Shown: piece after piece, positions 30,320 through 39,030 of the stretch | How the letters are laid out: each line of letters begins with the position of its first letter | How positions within the stretch are numbered: the stretch's first letter is position 1 | From: an uncultured Bacteroidaceae bacterium | Lineage (GTDB): Bacteria; Bacillota; Clostridia; Christensenellales; CAG-917 | Reading direction: 5' to 3' | Assembly: GCA_964637515.1 (NCBI GenBank) | Contig: CAZWUI010000005.1 | Location: 9,416 to 73,415 of the forward strand | DNA length: 64,000 nucleotides | Notes under the pieces: model-generated | Databases searched by the model: none | The model's input: only the letters and a program-made list of their open reading frames with translations | Told to the model about the DNA's origin: nothing | Translations under genes and position numbers: made by a program

Positions 30320-31156
30320 ATGGCACTCTTCAAACTCAAAAAGAAGGTCGTAGAAGGCATTGACAAAATGCTCAAAGACGACAGATTGTTGCAACTCATC
30401 GCACCCCTTCCCGACGTCGAAAAGGGCAAGAAGTTTTTGTTTATCGGACCGCACCCCGACGATATAGAAATAGGCGCAGGTGCAACTCTCGTCAAACTTG
30501 CACGCATGGGCAAAAACATCAAAATGCTCGTTTGCACGGACGGCGGAGCAGGCACTGCCGATCCTGCGATAACCGCAGAGCAAGTCGCTCAAACAAGACT
30601 TAATGAGTGCAAAAATGCGGTTTCATCCTTGAATACGAACGGAAACGTTGAATTTGAACGCCTTAACTTCGAGGACGGCGGGCCCTACTCCGAACAAGAT
30701 CTTGCGGTCGAAATCGGCAGAGTTATTTACGAATACGCTCCCGACGTCATTTTCTGTCCCGACCCCCATCTCCCCACCGAAACGCACCCCGACCACTTGA
30801 AGTGCGGACGTGCAACGAATACCGCTCTTTTCATCTCTAGTTATCGTATCGTCGCAGAGCGCAACGGACTGAAACTCGATCCCGAAAAGATCAAGGCAAA
30901 TCACGTGATTGCATACTACTACACCCACCGTGCGAATACCTTTGTGGAATTCACCGACGACGACCAACTCAAACAAATCGAACTCATGAAATGCCATGCG
31001 TCGCAAATGTCTCCCGCACTTGCGGAAGGACAGGCGCTCTATCTTGCGCTTCGTGCAAATCGTATGGGCGCACAGGCCGGCGTCAAGCAGGCGGAAGGAT
31101 TTTTCGTCGAAGCACCTATGCACCAACACTGCGTGACGGAGTCTAACGCTTGGTGA
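30320..31156 (+). CDS. PIG-L/LmbE-family N-acetylglucosaminyl deacetylase
   Basis: 278 aa with metal-binding motifs FIGPHPDDIEIGAG and THPDHLKCG. RBS AGGAG, no signal peptide. Confidence 0.8.
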   Translation: MALFKLKKKVVEGIDKMLKDDRLLQLIAPLPDVEKGKKFLFIGPHPDDIEIGAGATLVKLARMGKNIKMLVCTDGGAGTADPAITAEQVAQTRLNECKNAVSSLNTNGNVEFERLNFEDGGPYSEQDLAVEIGRVIYEYAPDVIFCPDPHLPTETHPDHLKCGRATNTALFISSYRIVAERNGLKLDPEKIKANHVIAYYYTHRANTFVEFTDDDQLKQIELMKCHASQMSPALAEGQALYLALRANRMGAQAGVKQAEGFFVEAPMHQHCVTESNAW

Positions 31157-31172
31157 GTCCGACGTCGTTCGC

Positions 31173-31201
31173 TTGACAATATCGCAATAGTATAATATCA
31201 T
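31173..31201 (+). promoter_or_regulatory. Promoter-like hexamers upstream of the TM1266-like/ABC importer operon
   Basis: TTGACA (31173-31178), a 17-nt spacer, then TATCAT (31196-31201). A perfect TATAAT at 31191-31196 is only 12 nt from the -35. Confidence 0.4.
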
Positions 31202-31274
31202 ATATACGCAATCCCAAACGATGAGCATTCGGAGTGTAAGACGGCGTGAATAAGAATGATTACGATTTTTCTAT

Positions 31275-31304
31275 GCCACCGTTTTACGCGGTGGCTTTTG
31301 TTTT
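31275..31304 (+). terminator. Intrinsic terminator inside the operon leader (candidate attenuator)
   Basis: GCCACCG-TTTTACG-CGGTGGC hairpin followed by TTTTGTTTT. It ends 13 nt before ATG 31318, just upstream of RBS AGTGAGGT. Confidence 0.6.
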
Positions 31305-31317
31305 AAGTGAGGTATTT

Positions 31318-31566
31318 ATGAAAAGAATAGGTGTTGTAGGTATGGTTGTTTCGGGGGACAGAAGCGTGTCTGTCGAACTGCAAAAAGTGTTGAGTGAATT
31401 CGGTGATATTATCGTCGGCAGAATGGGCGTGCCTCGCGGCGGTGTCAATACCATTGCGCTCATCGTCGAAGGGAGTGTGGAACGCATCTCGGCACTCACG
31501 GGTAGACTCGGAAAATTTCCCGAAGTGTCGGTGAAATCCGCCGTGACTTCGATTGAAATCGAATAG
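31318..31566 (+). CDS. TM1266-family small ACT/ferredoxin-fold protein ('iron-only hydrogenase system regulator'-like)
   Basis: 82 aa: MKRIGVVGMVV...FGDIIVGRMGVP...NTIALIVEGSVERISALTGRLGKFPEVSVKSAV. This matches the family pattern as I remember it. The listed ORF has a 24-codon upstream extension from GTG 31246. Confidence 0.65.
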   Translation: MKRIGVVGMVVSGDRSVSVELQKVLSEFGDIIVGRMGVPRGGVNTIALIVEGSVERISALTGRLGKFPEVSVKSAVTSIEIE

Positions 31567-31575
31567 GAGAACAAT

Positions 31576-32589
31576 ATGAAAAAATTTTTATCCATAATTC
31601 TTGCGCTCGTGCTGTGTGCGTGCGCGATAAGTTTCGTCGCTTGCAACGACGGCAACTCTGGACAACCCGAAAACTCTATCGGCAATGCATACGTGCAGTA
31701 TGTTGCGGACGGCAATCAAGCGGCAACCTTGCTTTCTAGCGGGAAGGTCGATTTTATCGTAGTCGGTGAGCCTGCGGCAAGCGCGCAGAAAAACAGACTA
31801 TCTCTCAACGCGGAGCTCAATATGCAAACGGCATACGCAGAAAAAAGCGGTGCTAGCAACTATCCGCAAGCGGGTATATTCGTCAAGTCCGCTCTTGCAG
31901 GGGACGAAAGTTTTATGAGCGCTCTCTTCACTGCTCTCCAACAAAATAAAAACTGGGTGGCGGACAACAAAGCAAACGTTACGGCGGAGGCGAAAAAGTT
32001 GTATGAAAGCGCGGTTTTCCCTGCGGTAGCGGTGCCACGCTGCGCAATCAACGGAACTAAACTTGATGAAAACGGTCGCGCGGACGTGCTTACTTTCTTG
32101 AAAAACGTTATGCCCAAAGATGCAGAAAACAACGCTATAGATTGGGATGCTTGCAGTGATAAACTCTTCGACGTAGTGCTGTCTACCGCAAACGATAATC
32201 TTCGTTTCACCGCACCCGAAGGCACCCCCGCACTTGCAATGCTAACACTTGCGACCAACAACCAAAAAATAGACGGCAAAACCGTTGAATACGAAGTGGT
32301 TTCTCCGTCCAATATCGCAAGCGAAATGGCGGCGGGAAAGAGCGATATAGTCATCATGCCCGTCAATGCGGGTGCAAACTTGATCCGTCAAGGCAAAGAT
32401 TACAAACTCGTCAGCGTGGCGGTGGACGGAAGTCTTTATATGGTCGGCAACACGGCGGACGGCGGTGAAATCTCTTTCGGCGACCTTGTCGGGAAGAAGA
32501 TTGCTTGTATCGGCAAATCCGCAACCCCCGGTCTTGTATTCCGCTACGTGATGAAAGCAAACGGTATCACCCTTGAAGATATTGACTAA
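31576..32589 (+). CDS. ABC importer substrate-binding lipoprotein (NMT1/SsuA/TauA-like)
   Basis: Lipobox signal peptide MKKFLSIILALVLCACAISFVAC. 337 aa, followed directly by the permease and ATPase genes. Confidence 0.7.
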   Translation: MKKFLSIILALVLCACAISFVACNDGNSGQPENSIGNAYVQYVADGNQAATLLSSGKVDFIVVGEPAASAQKNRLSLNAELNMQTAYAEKSGASNYPQAGIFVKSALAGDESFMSALFTALQQNKNWVADNKANVTAEAKKLYESAVFPAVAVPRCAINGTKLDENGRADVLTFLKNVMPKDAENNAIDWDACSDKLFDVVLSTANDNLRFTAPEGTPALAMLTLATNNQKIDGKTVEYEVVSPSNIASEMAAGKSDIVIMPVNAGANLIRQGKDYKLVSVAVDGSLYMVGNTADGGEISFGDLVGKKIACIGKSATPGLVFRYVMKANGITLEDID

Positions 32590-33354
32590 ATGAAAAGAGA
32601 AGTGGTGAAAAAAATCGCAGAAAACGTCTTGTACCCCTTGATTGCCTGCGGGCTAATCTTGGGGATTTGGGCTATCGTCGGGAAGGTGAAAAATAATCCT
32701 TTCGTCCTTCCTATGCCAAGCGTAGTGCTTGAAAAATTCTTCACGCTCGGCTCGTCGCAGGGATTTTGGGAGAGCGTAGGTTGGACGATTTTGCGCACGA
32801 TCGAGAGTTTCGCCTTGTCCTTTGCATTTGCTCTGCTCCTTGCCGCACTCGGCGGAATTTTCAGACCACTGCACAAAGTCGTATCCCCGATAGTTGCATT
32901 CCTACGCTCCGCTCCGACGGTGGCGGTCATTCTCGTGTTGTATGCGGTTATGTCCAACAAAGCGATGAGCGTAGTCGTCGGATTTTTGATTGCGTTTCCT
33001 GTGATGTACTCCGCTTTCTACACCGCTATAACGGGGGTTGATAAGGACCTTATCGAAATGGCGGACTTGTACGGCGTGCGCACGGTAGACAAGGTGAAAT
33101 CCATATATCTGCCTTGCATAGCGACGGTGCTTTTCGACACGAGCAAATCCACGATTTCACTGACCTTGAAAGTGGTGGTGGCGGCGGAGATTCTATGCTC
33201 TGTTGCAAACACGATAGGGGACAAAATTCAGACCGCATACGCGACTTTCGACGTTGCGTATTTGCTTGCTTGGACGCTTGTCGCAATAACCTTCAGTTTT
33301 GTTTTGGAGGGTGTCGTAGCGATCATGAAAGCCATATGGGAGAGAGTGCGATGA
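32590..33354 (+). CDS. ABC importer permease (NitT/TauT-type BPD fold)
   Basis: 254 aa with about 6 TM helices and an EAA-like loop, IEMADLYGVRTVDKVKSIYLP. Confidence 0.85.
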   Translation: MKREVVKKIAENVLYPLIACGLILGIWAIVGKVKNNPFVLPMPSVVLEKFFTLGSSQGFWESVGWTILRTIESFALSFAFALLLAALGGIFRPLHKVVSPIVAFLRSAPTVAVILVLYAVMSNKAMSVVVGFLIAFPVMYSAFYTAITGVDKDLIEMADLYGVRTVDKVKSIYLPCIATVLFDTSKSTISLTLKVVVAAEILCSVANTIGDKIQTAYATFDVAYLLAWTLVAITFSFVLEGVVAIMKAIWERVR

Positions 33355-34064
33355 CGAACATAAAAATCGAAAATTTGAAAGTTGCATACGGCGACAAACC
33401 GGTGTTTTCGGACTTCTCGACGGAGTTTGAAAGCGGAAAAATCAACGTCATTCTTGGTGGCTCGGGGGTTGGAAAAACAACCCTTGTGAACGCAGTTGCG
33501 GGCATTGTAAACTACGACGGAAAGGTCTTTGGTGCGGACGTGAAAAAGTCGTACATTTTTCAAAAAGACAGGTTAATCCCTACGATTTCGGTATATAAAA
33601 ACCTTGATTTGATATTAAAGAGCGTTTGCAAGGATAAGGCGGAGAGAAAGTCAAGGATTGAAAAAATGCTTGACGTGCTTGAAATTTTGGACGTCACCGA
33701 CAAGCGTCCGACCGAGATAAGCGGGGGACAGGCGCAAAGAGTTTCTCTTGCTCGTGCCTATCTCTTTCCGTCCGAAATTTTGATAATGGACGAGCCGTTC
33801 AAAGCACTCGATACCGCGCTCAAATCTCGTCTTGTCAAAAACTTGATTGCGCTAAATGCGGAGTCCCCTAGGACGATACTTTTCGTCACTCACGCAATAG
33901 ACGAATGTTTGCTTTGTGCGGACAAGTTTATAGTGCTTGGCGGGAAACCTGCAAATATAATTCTCGAAGGGCGGATTGAAAAACCCGCAAAGGATAGGTC
34001 GCTGTCAGATGATGAGTTGTCCGCAGTCAGAAAAGACTTGCTCGTCGCCCTTGAAAATTGCTAA
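33351..34064 (+). CDS. ABC importer ATP-binding protein
   Basis: Start MTNIKIENL, with an ATGA overlap with the permease. Walker A GGSGVGKTTL, signature ISGGQAQRVSLARA, Walker B ILIMDEPF. Confidence 0.9.
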   Translation: MTNIKIENLKVAYGDKPVFSDFSTEFESGKINVILGGSGVGKTTLVNAVAGIVNYDGKVFGADVKKSYIFQKDRLIPTISVYKNLDLILKSVCKDKAERKSRIEKMLDVLEILDVTDKRPTEISGGQAQRVSLARAYLFPSEILIMDEPFKALDTALKSRLVKNLIALNAESPRTILFVTHAIDECLLCADKFIVLGGKPANIILEGRIEKPAKDRSLSDDELSAVRKDLLVALENC

Positions 34065-34155
34065 ATCTCATCCTCATCGTCCTCGCTTTTGGCGGGGATT
34101 TTTCTATCACAAAACTATTCGTGAGCAATATTAGCGCGCATAGGCGTATATTTGC

Positions 34156-34183
34156 TTGACATTGGGGAAAAATGTGTTATAAT
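34156..34183 (+). promoter_or_regulatory. rpmE promoter
   Basis: TTGACA (34156-34161), a 16-nt spacer, then TATAAT (34178-34183) preceded by TGT (extended -10). Confidence 0.6.
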
Positions 34184-34253
34184 AAAGAAACTTTATGTCA
34201 TATACGCGCAATCGGCGCGTGTGGGTGTAAAAATCAAAATTCGGAGAACAAAA

Positions 34254-34460
34254 ATGAAAGAAGGTATCCATCCCGAGTACCACACCGTGAACGTCATCTG
34301 CGCTTGCGGTCACACATTCCAAACCGGCACCACCAAAAAGTGCGACGAACTCAGAGTAGAAATTTGCTCCAAATGCCATCCTTACTTCACCGGCAAACAA
34401 AAGCTGGTTGACACCGGTGGCCGTGTGGACAAGTTCAAAAAGAGATACAATCTCGATTAG
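34254..34460 (+). CDS. rpmE: 50S ribosomal protein L31 (Cys-containing type A)
   Basis: [22 protein letters not shown]...[13 protein letters not shown], 68 aa. Confidence 0.95.
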   Translation: MKEGIHPEYHTVNVICACGHTFQTGTTKKCDELRVEICSKCHPYFTGKQKLVDTGGRVDKFKKRYNLD

Positions 34461-34470
34461 TTTGGAATCG

Positions 34471-34511
34471 AAATGCAGTTGCCGTAGTCGGAACTGCATT
34501 TTTGCTTTTTT
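34471..34511 (+). terminator. rpmE intrinsic terminator
   Basis: 10-bp stem AAATGCAGTT/AACTGCATTT with an 11-nt loop, then TTTTTGCTTTTTT. Confidence 0.8.
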
Positions 34512-34539
34512 AGGGTAAAACGAGCGTTTCAGTGAGAAA

Positions 34540-36405
34540 ATGAGCAAGAAAAATAAGGCTGTCAAAAGAACTTCAATCGGCGGTCAAGCCGTCCTCGAAG
34601 GCGTTATGATGAAGGGCGCGACCGCTATCGCGACCGCAGTCCGCACCGAGTCGGGAGATATCACCGTCGAAAGCGTGCGCACCAAATCCGCAAAGGACAA
34701 AAGCGCGTTTGCAAAACTTCCCTTCGTGAGAGGGGTGGTCAATCTCTGCACTCAACTCTACGAGGGTATGGGCATTTTGATGCGCTCCGCAGAGGTCTAC
34801 GGCGATTTCGCAGAGCCGAGCGAGTTCGAGAAACAAGTCGCAAAAAAGTTCAAAATCAACCCCATGAATATTCTTATGGGTTTTTCGCTCATTCTCGGCA
34901 TCGTGCTTGCGGTAGGTCTTTTCGTGGTGCTTCCCAACGTGGTCGCATCCGCTCTTTTCAAGATCGACGCACTTGCAAATTCGTCGTTGTCGAGCCTGTG
35001 GTATAGCCTCATTGAAAGTGCGGTTATGCTCGTCATTTTTACCTTGTACATAGTCCTCGTCAGTATCATGAAAGACATACGCAGAGTCTTCATGTATCAC
35101 GGCGCGGAGCACAAAGTCATCAACTGTTACGAACACGGTCTCGACCTCACCGTCGAGAATGCAAAAAAAATGAGCCGTCAACACAGCCGTTGCGGGACGA
35201 CGTTTATGTTCTTGGTCATCATGGTCAGCATAATCGTGTTTGCATTCGTCAACTGGGGACTCAGCGACTTGCCCGAAATCGGAGAGTGGTTCACTTCTCA
35301 AAGCAAGGGCGTACAGGGACTCGTCAGAGTGCCTATCAAACTTTTGTTTATCCCTGTCGTAGCGGGCATATCCTACGAGATATTGAAACTTCTTGCAAAA
35401 TCCGACGCTCTTCCCGTGCGTATACTTCGCTCACCCGGTATGGCACTCCAACTCCTCACCACGCGCGAACCCGACGACAGTATGCTCGAAGTCAGTCTGA
35501 CTGCGTTCAAGACGGTGCAGGCAATGGATGCGGATCCGTCCTATCCCACGAGAAAATTCGACATAAAAATGCCCGTTCCCGTTGCAAGAAAGAGAATTGC
35601 GGAAACCGCACCTACTGCGGACGAAAGCGATATTGATTGGATTTTGGTGGAAGTCACCGGCAAAAAACGCGGTGAAGTGCAAAATCTGTCCCATATATCC
35701 GCCACCGAATACGAAAACGCTATGAAAATTGCGGAGAAGATGAAGGACGGCGCACCCTTGCAATACGCACTCGGCTACACCGAATTTTACGGAATCAAAA
35801 TCGTTGTCAATTCATCCGTGCTTATCCCCCGTCCCGAGACCGAAGAACTCGTCGAAAAGGCAATTGCGGTCGTCAAGGAAAAGAGCGAAAACGGAAAAGT
35901 CGGCGTGCTCGATTTGTGTACGGGGAGCGGTGCTATCGCAGTCGCTATCGCCAAAAATACGAACGCAAACGTCAGTGCTTGCGACGTGAGCGTAGGCGCG
36001 GTGGACGTCGCTCTTGCAAACTCCGTGAATACCGGTGTCAGAGTGGACTTCTCAAACGGCGATATGTGGGGAGCGGTGGCGCACAAACGTTTCGACGTCA
36101 TCGTGTCAAATCCTCCGTATATCCCGACGGACGACGTGTCGAAACTCGACGTCAAAGTGAAAGATTTTGAACCGACTCTCGCTCTCGACGGCGACAAGGA
36201 CGGCTTGAAATTCTACCGCATTATTGCGGACGGACTCGACGAGCATCTCGAAGAAAACGGCGTGCTTTTGCTCGAATTCGGAATAGGCCAAACGGATAAT
36301 ATCAAAGAGATTTTCGCAGGTTACGACGTGGAAGTATTCAAGGATATGGAAGGACTCGACCGCATTGCAGTAGTCCGCAGAAAATCCGCTCATCAAACTC
36401 TTTAA
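34540..36405 (+). CDS. prmC: Fusion protein: N-terminal DUF1385 membrane domain plus C-terminal release-factor glutamine N5-methyltransferase PrmC
   Basis: 621-aa continuous ORF. N-terminal half has SIGGQAVLEGVMM, YHGAEHKVINCYE and several TM helices. C-terminal half has VLIPRPETE, LDLCTGSGAIA and the catalytic NPPY (VSNPPYIP). Confidence 0.85.
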   Translation: MSKKNKAVKRTSIGGQAVLEGVMMKGATAIATAVRTESGDITVESVRTKSAKDKSAFAKLPFVRGVVNLCTQLYEGMGILMRSAEVYGDFAEPSEFEKQVAKKFKINPMNILMGFSLILGIVLAVGLFVVLPNVVASALFKIDALANSSLSSLWYSLIESAVMLVIFTLYIVLVSIMKDIRRVFMYHGAEHKVINCYEHGLDLTVENAKKMSRQHSRCGTTFMFLVIMVSIIVFAFVNWGLSDLPEIGEWFTSQSKGVQGLVRVPIKLLFIPVVAGISYEILKLLAKSDALPVRILRSPGMALQLLTTREPDDSMLEVSLTAFKTVQAMDADPSYPTRKFDIKMPVPVARKRIAETAPTADESDIDWILVEVTGKKRGEVQNLSHISATEYENAMKIAEKMKDGAPLQYALGYTEFYGIKIVVNSSVLIPRPETEELVEKAIAVVKEKSENGKVGVLDLCTGSGAIAVAIAKNTNANVSACDVSVGAVDVALANSVNTGVRVDFSNGDMWGAVAHKRFDVIVSNPPYIPTDDVSKLDVKVKDFEPTLALDGDKDGLKFYRIIADGLDEHLEENGVLLLEFGIGQTDNIKEIFAGYDVEVFKDMEGLDRIAVVRRKSAHQTL

Positions 36406-36444
36406 CAAATACTTAAACTTAATCGTTTATCATCAAGGTGTAAT

Positions 36445-37533
36445 ATGAAAGTTTCAGAAGCAATGGTGGCAAAACTTGAGAAAATCAAGGCGCGCTATCA
36501 CGAAATAGGTGAACTCCTTTCAAAGAGCGAAGTCATCGCAGACCAAAATAAATTCCGCGAACTCGGCAAGGAACTTGCCGGGCTCACTCCTATCGTGGAG
36601 TGCTACGACGCATATAGTGAACACAAAAAGCAATTCGACGACTGCGAAAGAGAACTCGCAGGTGAAACGGATGCGGAGATGAGAGAACTCATCAAGAGTG
36701 AGCTTGACGATCTCAGAACCGCTCTCGACGAGGACGGCAAAGCGTTGAAAATCGCAATGCTCCCCAAAGACCCCAACGAAGATAACAACGTCATTATCGA
36801 AATACGCGGGGGCGCAGGCGGGGAAGAAGCGAGCCTTTTCGGCACCGAACTCATGCGCATGTATCGTCATTACGCCGACTTGAATCGCTGGAAAGTGGAA
36901 GATATAAATATCAATATGACCGAACTCGGCGGAGTCAAAGAAGCGGTGTTTATGATCGCGGGCAAGGGTGCATACGGCAAACTTAAATTTGAAAGCGGAG
37001 TGCATCGCGTGCAAAGAGTGCCGGAAACGGAGTCGCAAGGTAGAATCCATACGTCTACGGTGACTGTAGCGGTCCTGCCCGAAGCGGAGGACGTGGAAGT
37101 CGAAATCAAGGAAAGCGATCTCAAAATAGATACGTATAGAAGCTCGGGTGCGGGCGGACAACACGTTAATAAAACGGAATCCGCAATCCGTATGACGCAT
37201 ATTCCGACGGGTATCGTCGTCGAATGTCAGGACGAGCGCAGTCAGATCAAAAACAGAGAAAAAGCGATGAAAGTCATGAAGTCGCGTTTGTACGATTTCT
37301 TCCAGTCGCAAGCGGATAAGGAGTATGCAGAAACCCGTCGTGCGCAGGTAGGCACCGGGGACAGAAGCGAAAGAATCCGCACGTATAACTTCCCTCAGGG
37401 GAGAGTTACCGATCACAGAATAGGTTTCACGCTCTATTCTCTCGACAAGTTTATGTTGGGGGATATGGACGAGATGATTTCCGCGCTTCAAATCGCGGTG
37501 CAGAACAAACTGCTTGAAAATATCGAAGAGTAA
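36445..37533 (+). CDS. prfA: Peptide chain release factor 1
   Basis: 362 aa with the GGQ motif ([16 protein letters not shown]). PET is present in place of the RF1 tripeptide PxT region ([17 protein letters not shown]). Confidence 0.95.
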   Translation: MKVSEAMVAKLEKIKARYHEIGELLSKSEVIADQNKFRELGKELAGLTPIVECYDAYSEHKKQFDDCERELAGETDAEMRELIKSELDDLRTALDEDGKALKIAMLPKDPNEDNNVIIEIRGGAGGEEASLFGTELMRMYRHYADLNRWKVEDININMTELGGVKEAVFMIAGKGAYGKLKFESGVHRVQRVPETESQGRIHTSTVTVAVLPEAEDVEVEIKESDLKIDTYRSSGAGGQHVNKTESAIRMTHIPTGIVVECQDERSQIKNREKAMKVMKSRLYDFFQSQADKEYAETRRAQVGTGDRSERIRTYNFPQGRVTDHRIGFTLYSLDKFMLGDMDEMISALQIAVQNKLLENIEE

Positions 37534-37545
37534 GGAGGGCAGGCT

Positions 37546-38970
37546 ATGATAGTTAAGTACAACAAGACGCACCACGTCATCGAGGAACACGCATATAAGC
37601 CGAATTTGCAGGACGTCGCAAACCCTAATTTGCACAGAAAGGTTTTCTCTTTCGGCGAAGTTCCGAAGACTACCTTCAATATGCGCCACGTTCCTATGGA
37701 GTGTCCGAAGGATATTTATATCACGGACACCACCTTCCGCGACGGACAACAATCCTGCGAACCTTTTGCGGTCAAGGATATAGTCAATCTCTATAAACTG
37801 CTCCACAAAATGAGCGGTCCGAACGGAATTATCAGACAAAGCGAATTTTTCCTTTACAGCGAAAACGACAAGAAAGCAGTGGAAAAATGTCTTGATCTCG
37901 GCTATGAATTTCCGCAAATAACTTCTTGGATAAGAGCGAACGAAAAAGACTTTGAACTCGTCAAACAATTCGGCATAAAGGAAACGGGCGTTCTCGTCAG
38001 TTGCTCGGACTACCACATTTTTAAGAAGATGAATATGACGCGTGCGCAGGCGATGGATAAATATCTTTCCATAGTCAAAATGGCACTCGAAAGAGGAATA
38101 GTCCCACGTTGTCACTTCGAGGATATCACGAGAGCGGACTACTTCGGATTCGTCGTGCCTTTCGCAATCGAATTGATGAAACTCAGCGAAGAAAGCGGTA
38201 TTCCTATTAAAATTCGCGCGTGCGATACGATGGGTTACGGCGTGTCCTATCCCGGCACCGCACTTCCCCGAAGCGTACAGGGTATCATCTACGGTTTCCG
38301 CTACTACGCAGAATTTCCGTCCGAACGACTTGAATGGCACGGTCATAACGACTTTTATAAGGCGGTCACCAACTCCGCTACGGCGTGGCTTCACGGTTGC
38401 GGCTCGGTCAATACGACTCTTCTCGGAATAGGGGAAAGAACGGGAAATACTCCGCTTGAAGCAATGGCGATAGAGTATACGTCTTTGCGTGGTAACAGCG
38501 GCGGTATGGACCTTTCCGTCATCACCGAAATTGCGGACTACTTCGAGCATGAAATGGGCATTTCTATTCCCGAAAGAACTCCTTTCGTCGGCAGAAACTT
38601 CAACGTCACCAAGGCGGGTATTCACGCAGACGGTATGCTCAAGGACCAAGAAATCTACAATATATTCGACACCGAAAAAATTCTCAACCGTTCACCGCGC
38701 GTCATCATCGACCGTTTCAGCGGACTTGCGGGACTTGCATTCTGGATCAACAGTTACTACTCTCTGCCCGAAGGCGTAAAAGTCACCAAACAGGATCCGC
38801 TCGTCGCAATCATGAAGGACTACGTGGACTCCCTTTACAATAAGGGCAGAACGGCAAGTATGTCGGATATCGAACTCGATAAATTCATCAAACGAGTGGA
38901 TAGCACGAGATATGCGGAATTTGTCGCATACGAGAACGATTACCACTCAAATTTCGACGAAAACGACTAA
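37546..38970 (+). CDS. HMGL-like aldolase of the 2-isopropylmalate/homocitrate synthase family (possible Re-citrate synthase)
   Basis: 474 aa with ITDTTFRDGQQS and the HGHNDF metal site. It lacks the LeuA regulatory C-terminal domain by length. Confidence 0.7.
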   Translation: MIVKYNKTHHVIEEHAYKPNLQDVANPNLHRKVFSFGEVPKTTFNMRHVPMECPKDIYITDTTFRDGQQSCEPFAVKDIVNLYKLLHKMSGPNGIIRQSEFFLYSENDKKAVEKCLDLGYEFPQITSWIRANEKDFELVKQFGIKETGVLVSCSDYHIFKKMNMTRAQAMDKYLSIVKMALERGIVPRCHFEDITRADYFGFVVPFAIELMKLSEESGIPIKIRACDTMGYGVSYPGTALPRSVQGIIYGFRYYAEFPSERLEWHGHNDFYKAVTNSATAWLHGCGSVNTTLLGIGERTGNTPLEAMAIEYTSLRGNSGGMDLSVITEIADYFEHEMGISIPERTPFVGRNFNVTKAGIHADGMLKDQEIYNIFDTEKILNRSPRVIIDRFSGLAGLAFWINSYYSLPEGVKVTKQDPLVAIMKDYVDSLYNKGRTASMSDIELDKFIKRVDSTRYAEFVAYENDYHSNFDEND

Positions 38971-39030
38971 AATAAAATTAGGACTTGTATTTCGGTTATA
39001 TTTTTTATAAAATATAATCGGAGGTGTAAA

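Noticed and set aside
31246-31317. 24-codon N-terminal extension (GTG 31246) of the TM1266-like ORF.
   Set aside because: The extension runs through the terminator hairpin. ATG 31318 has a good RBS and gives the family-typical ~80-aa length.
36520-38649. 709-codon minus-strand ORF spanning prfA and the IPMS-like gene.
   Set aside because: It is co-phased with both sense genes (both start at coordinates congruent to 1 mod 3). The sense products carry unambiguous RF1 and HMGL motifs, and an antisense ORF crossing an intergenic gap is a codon-bias shadow.
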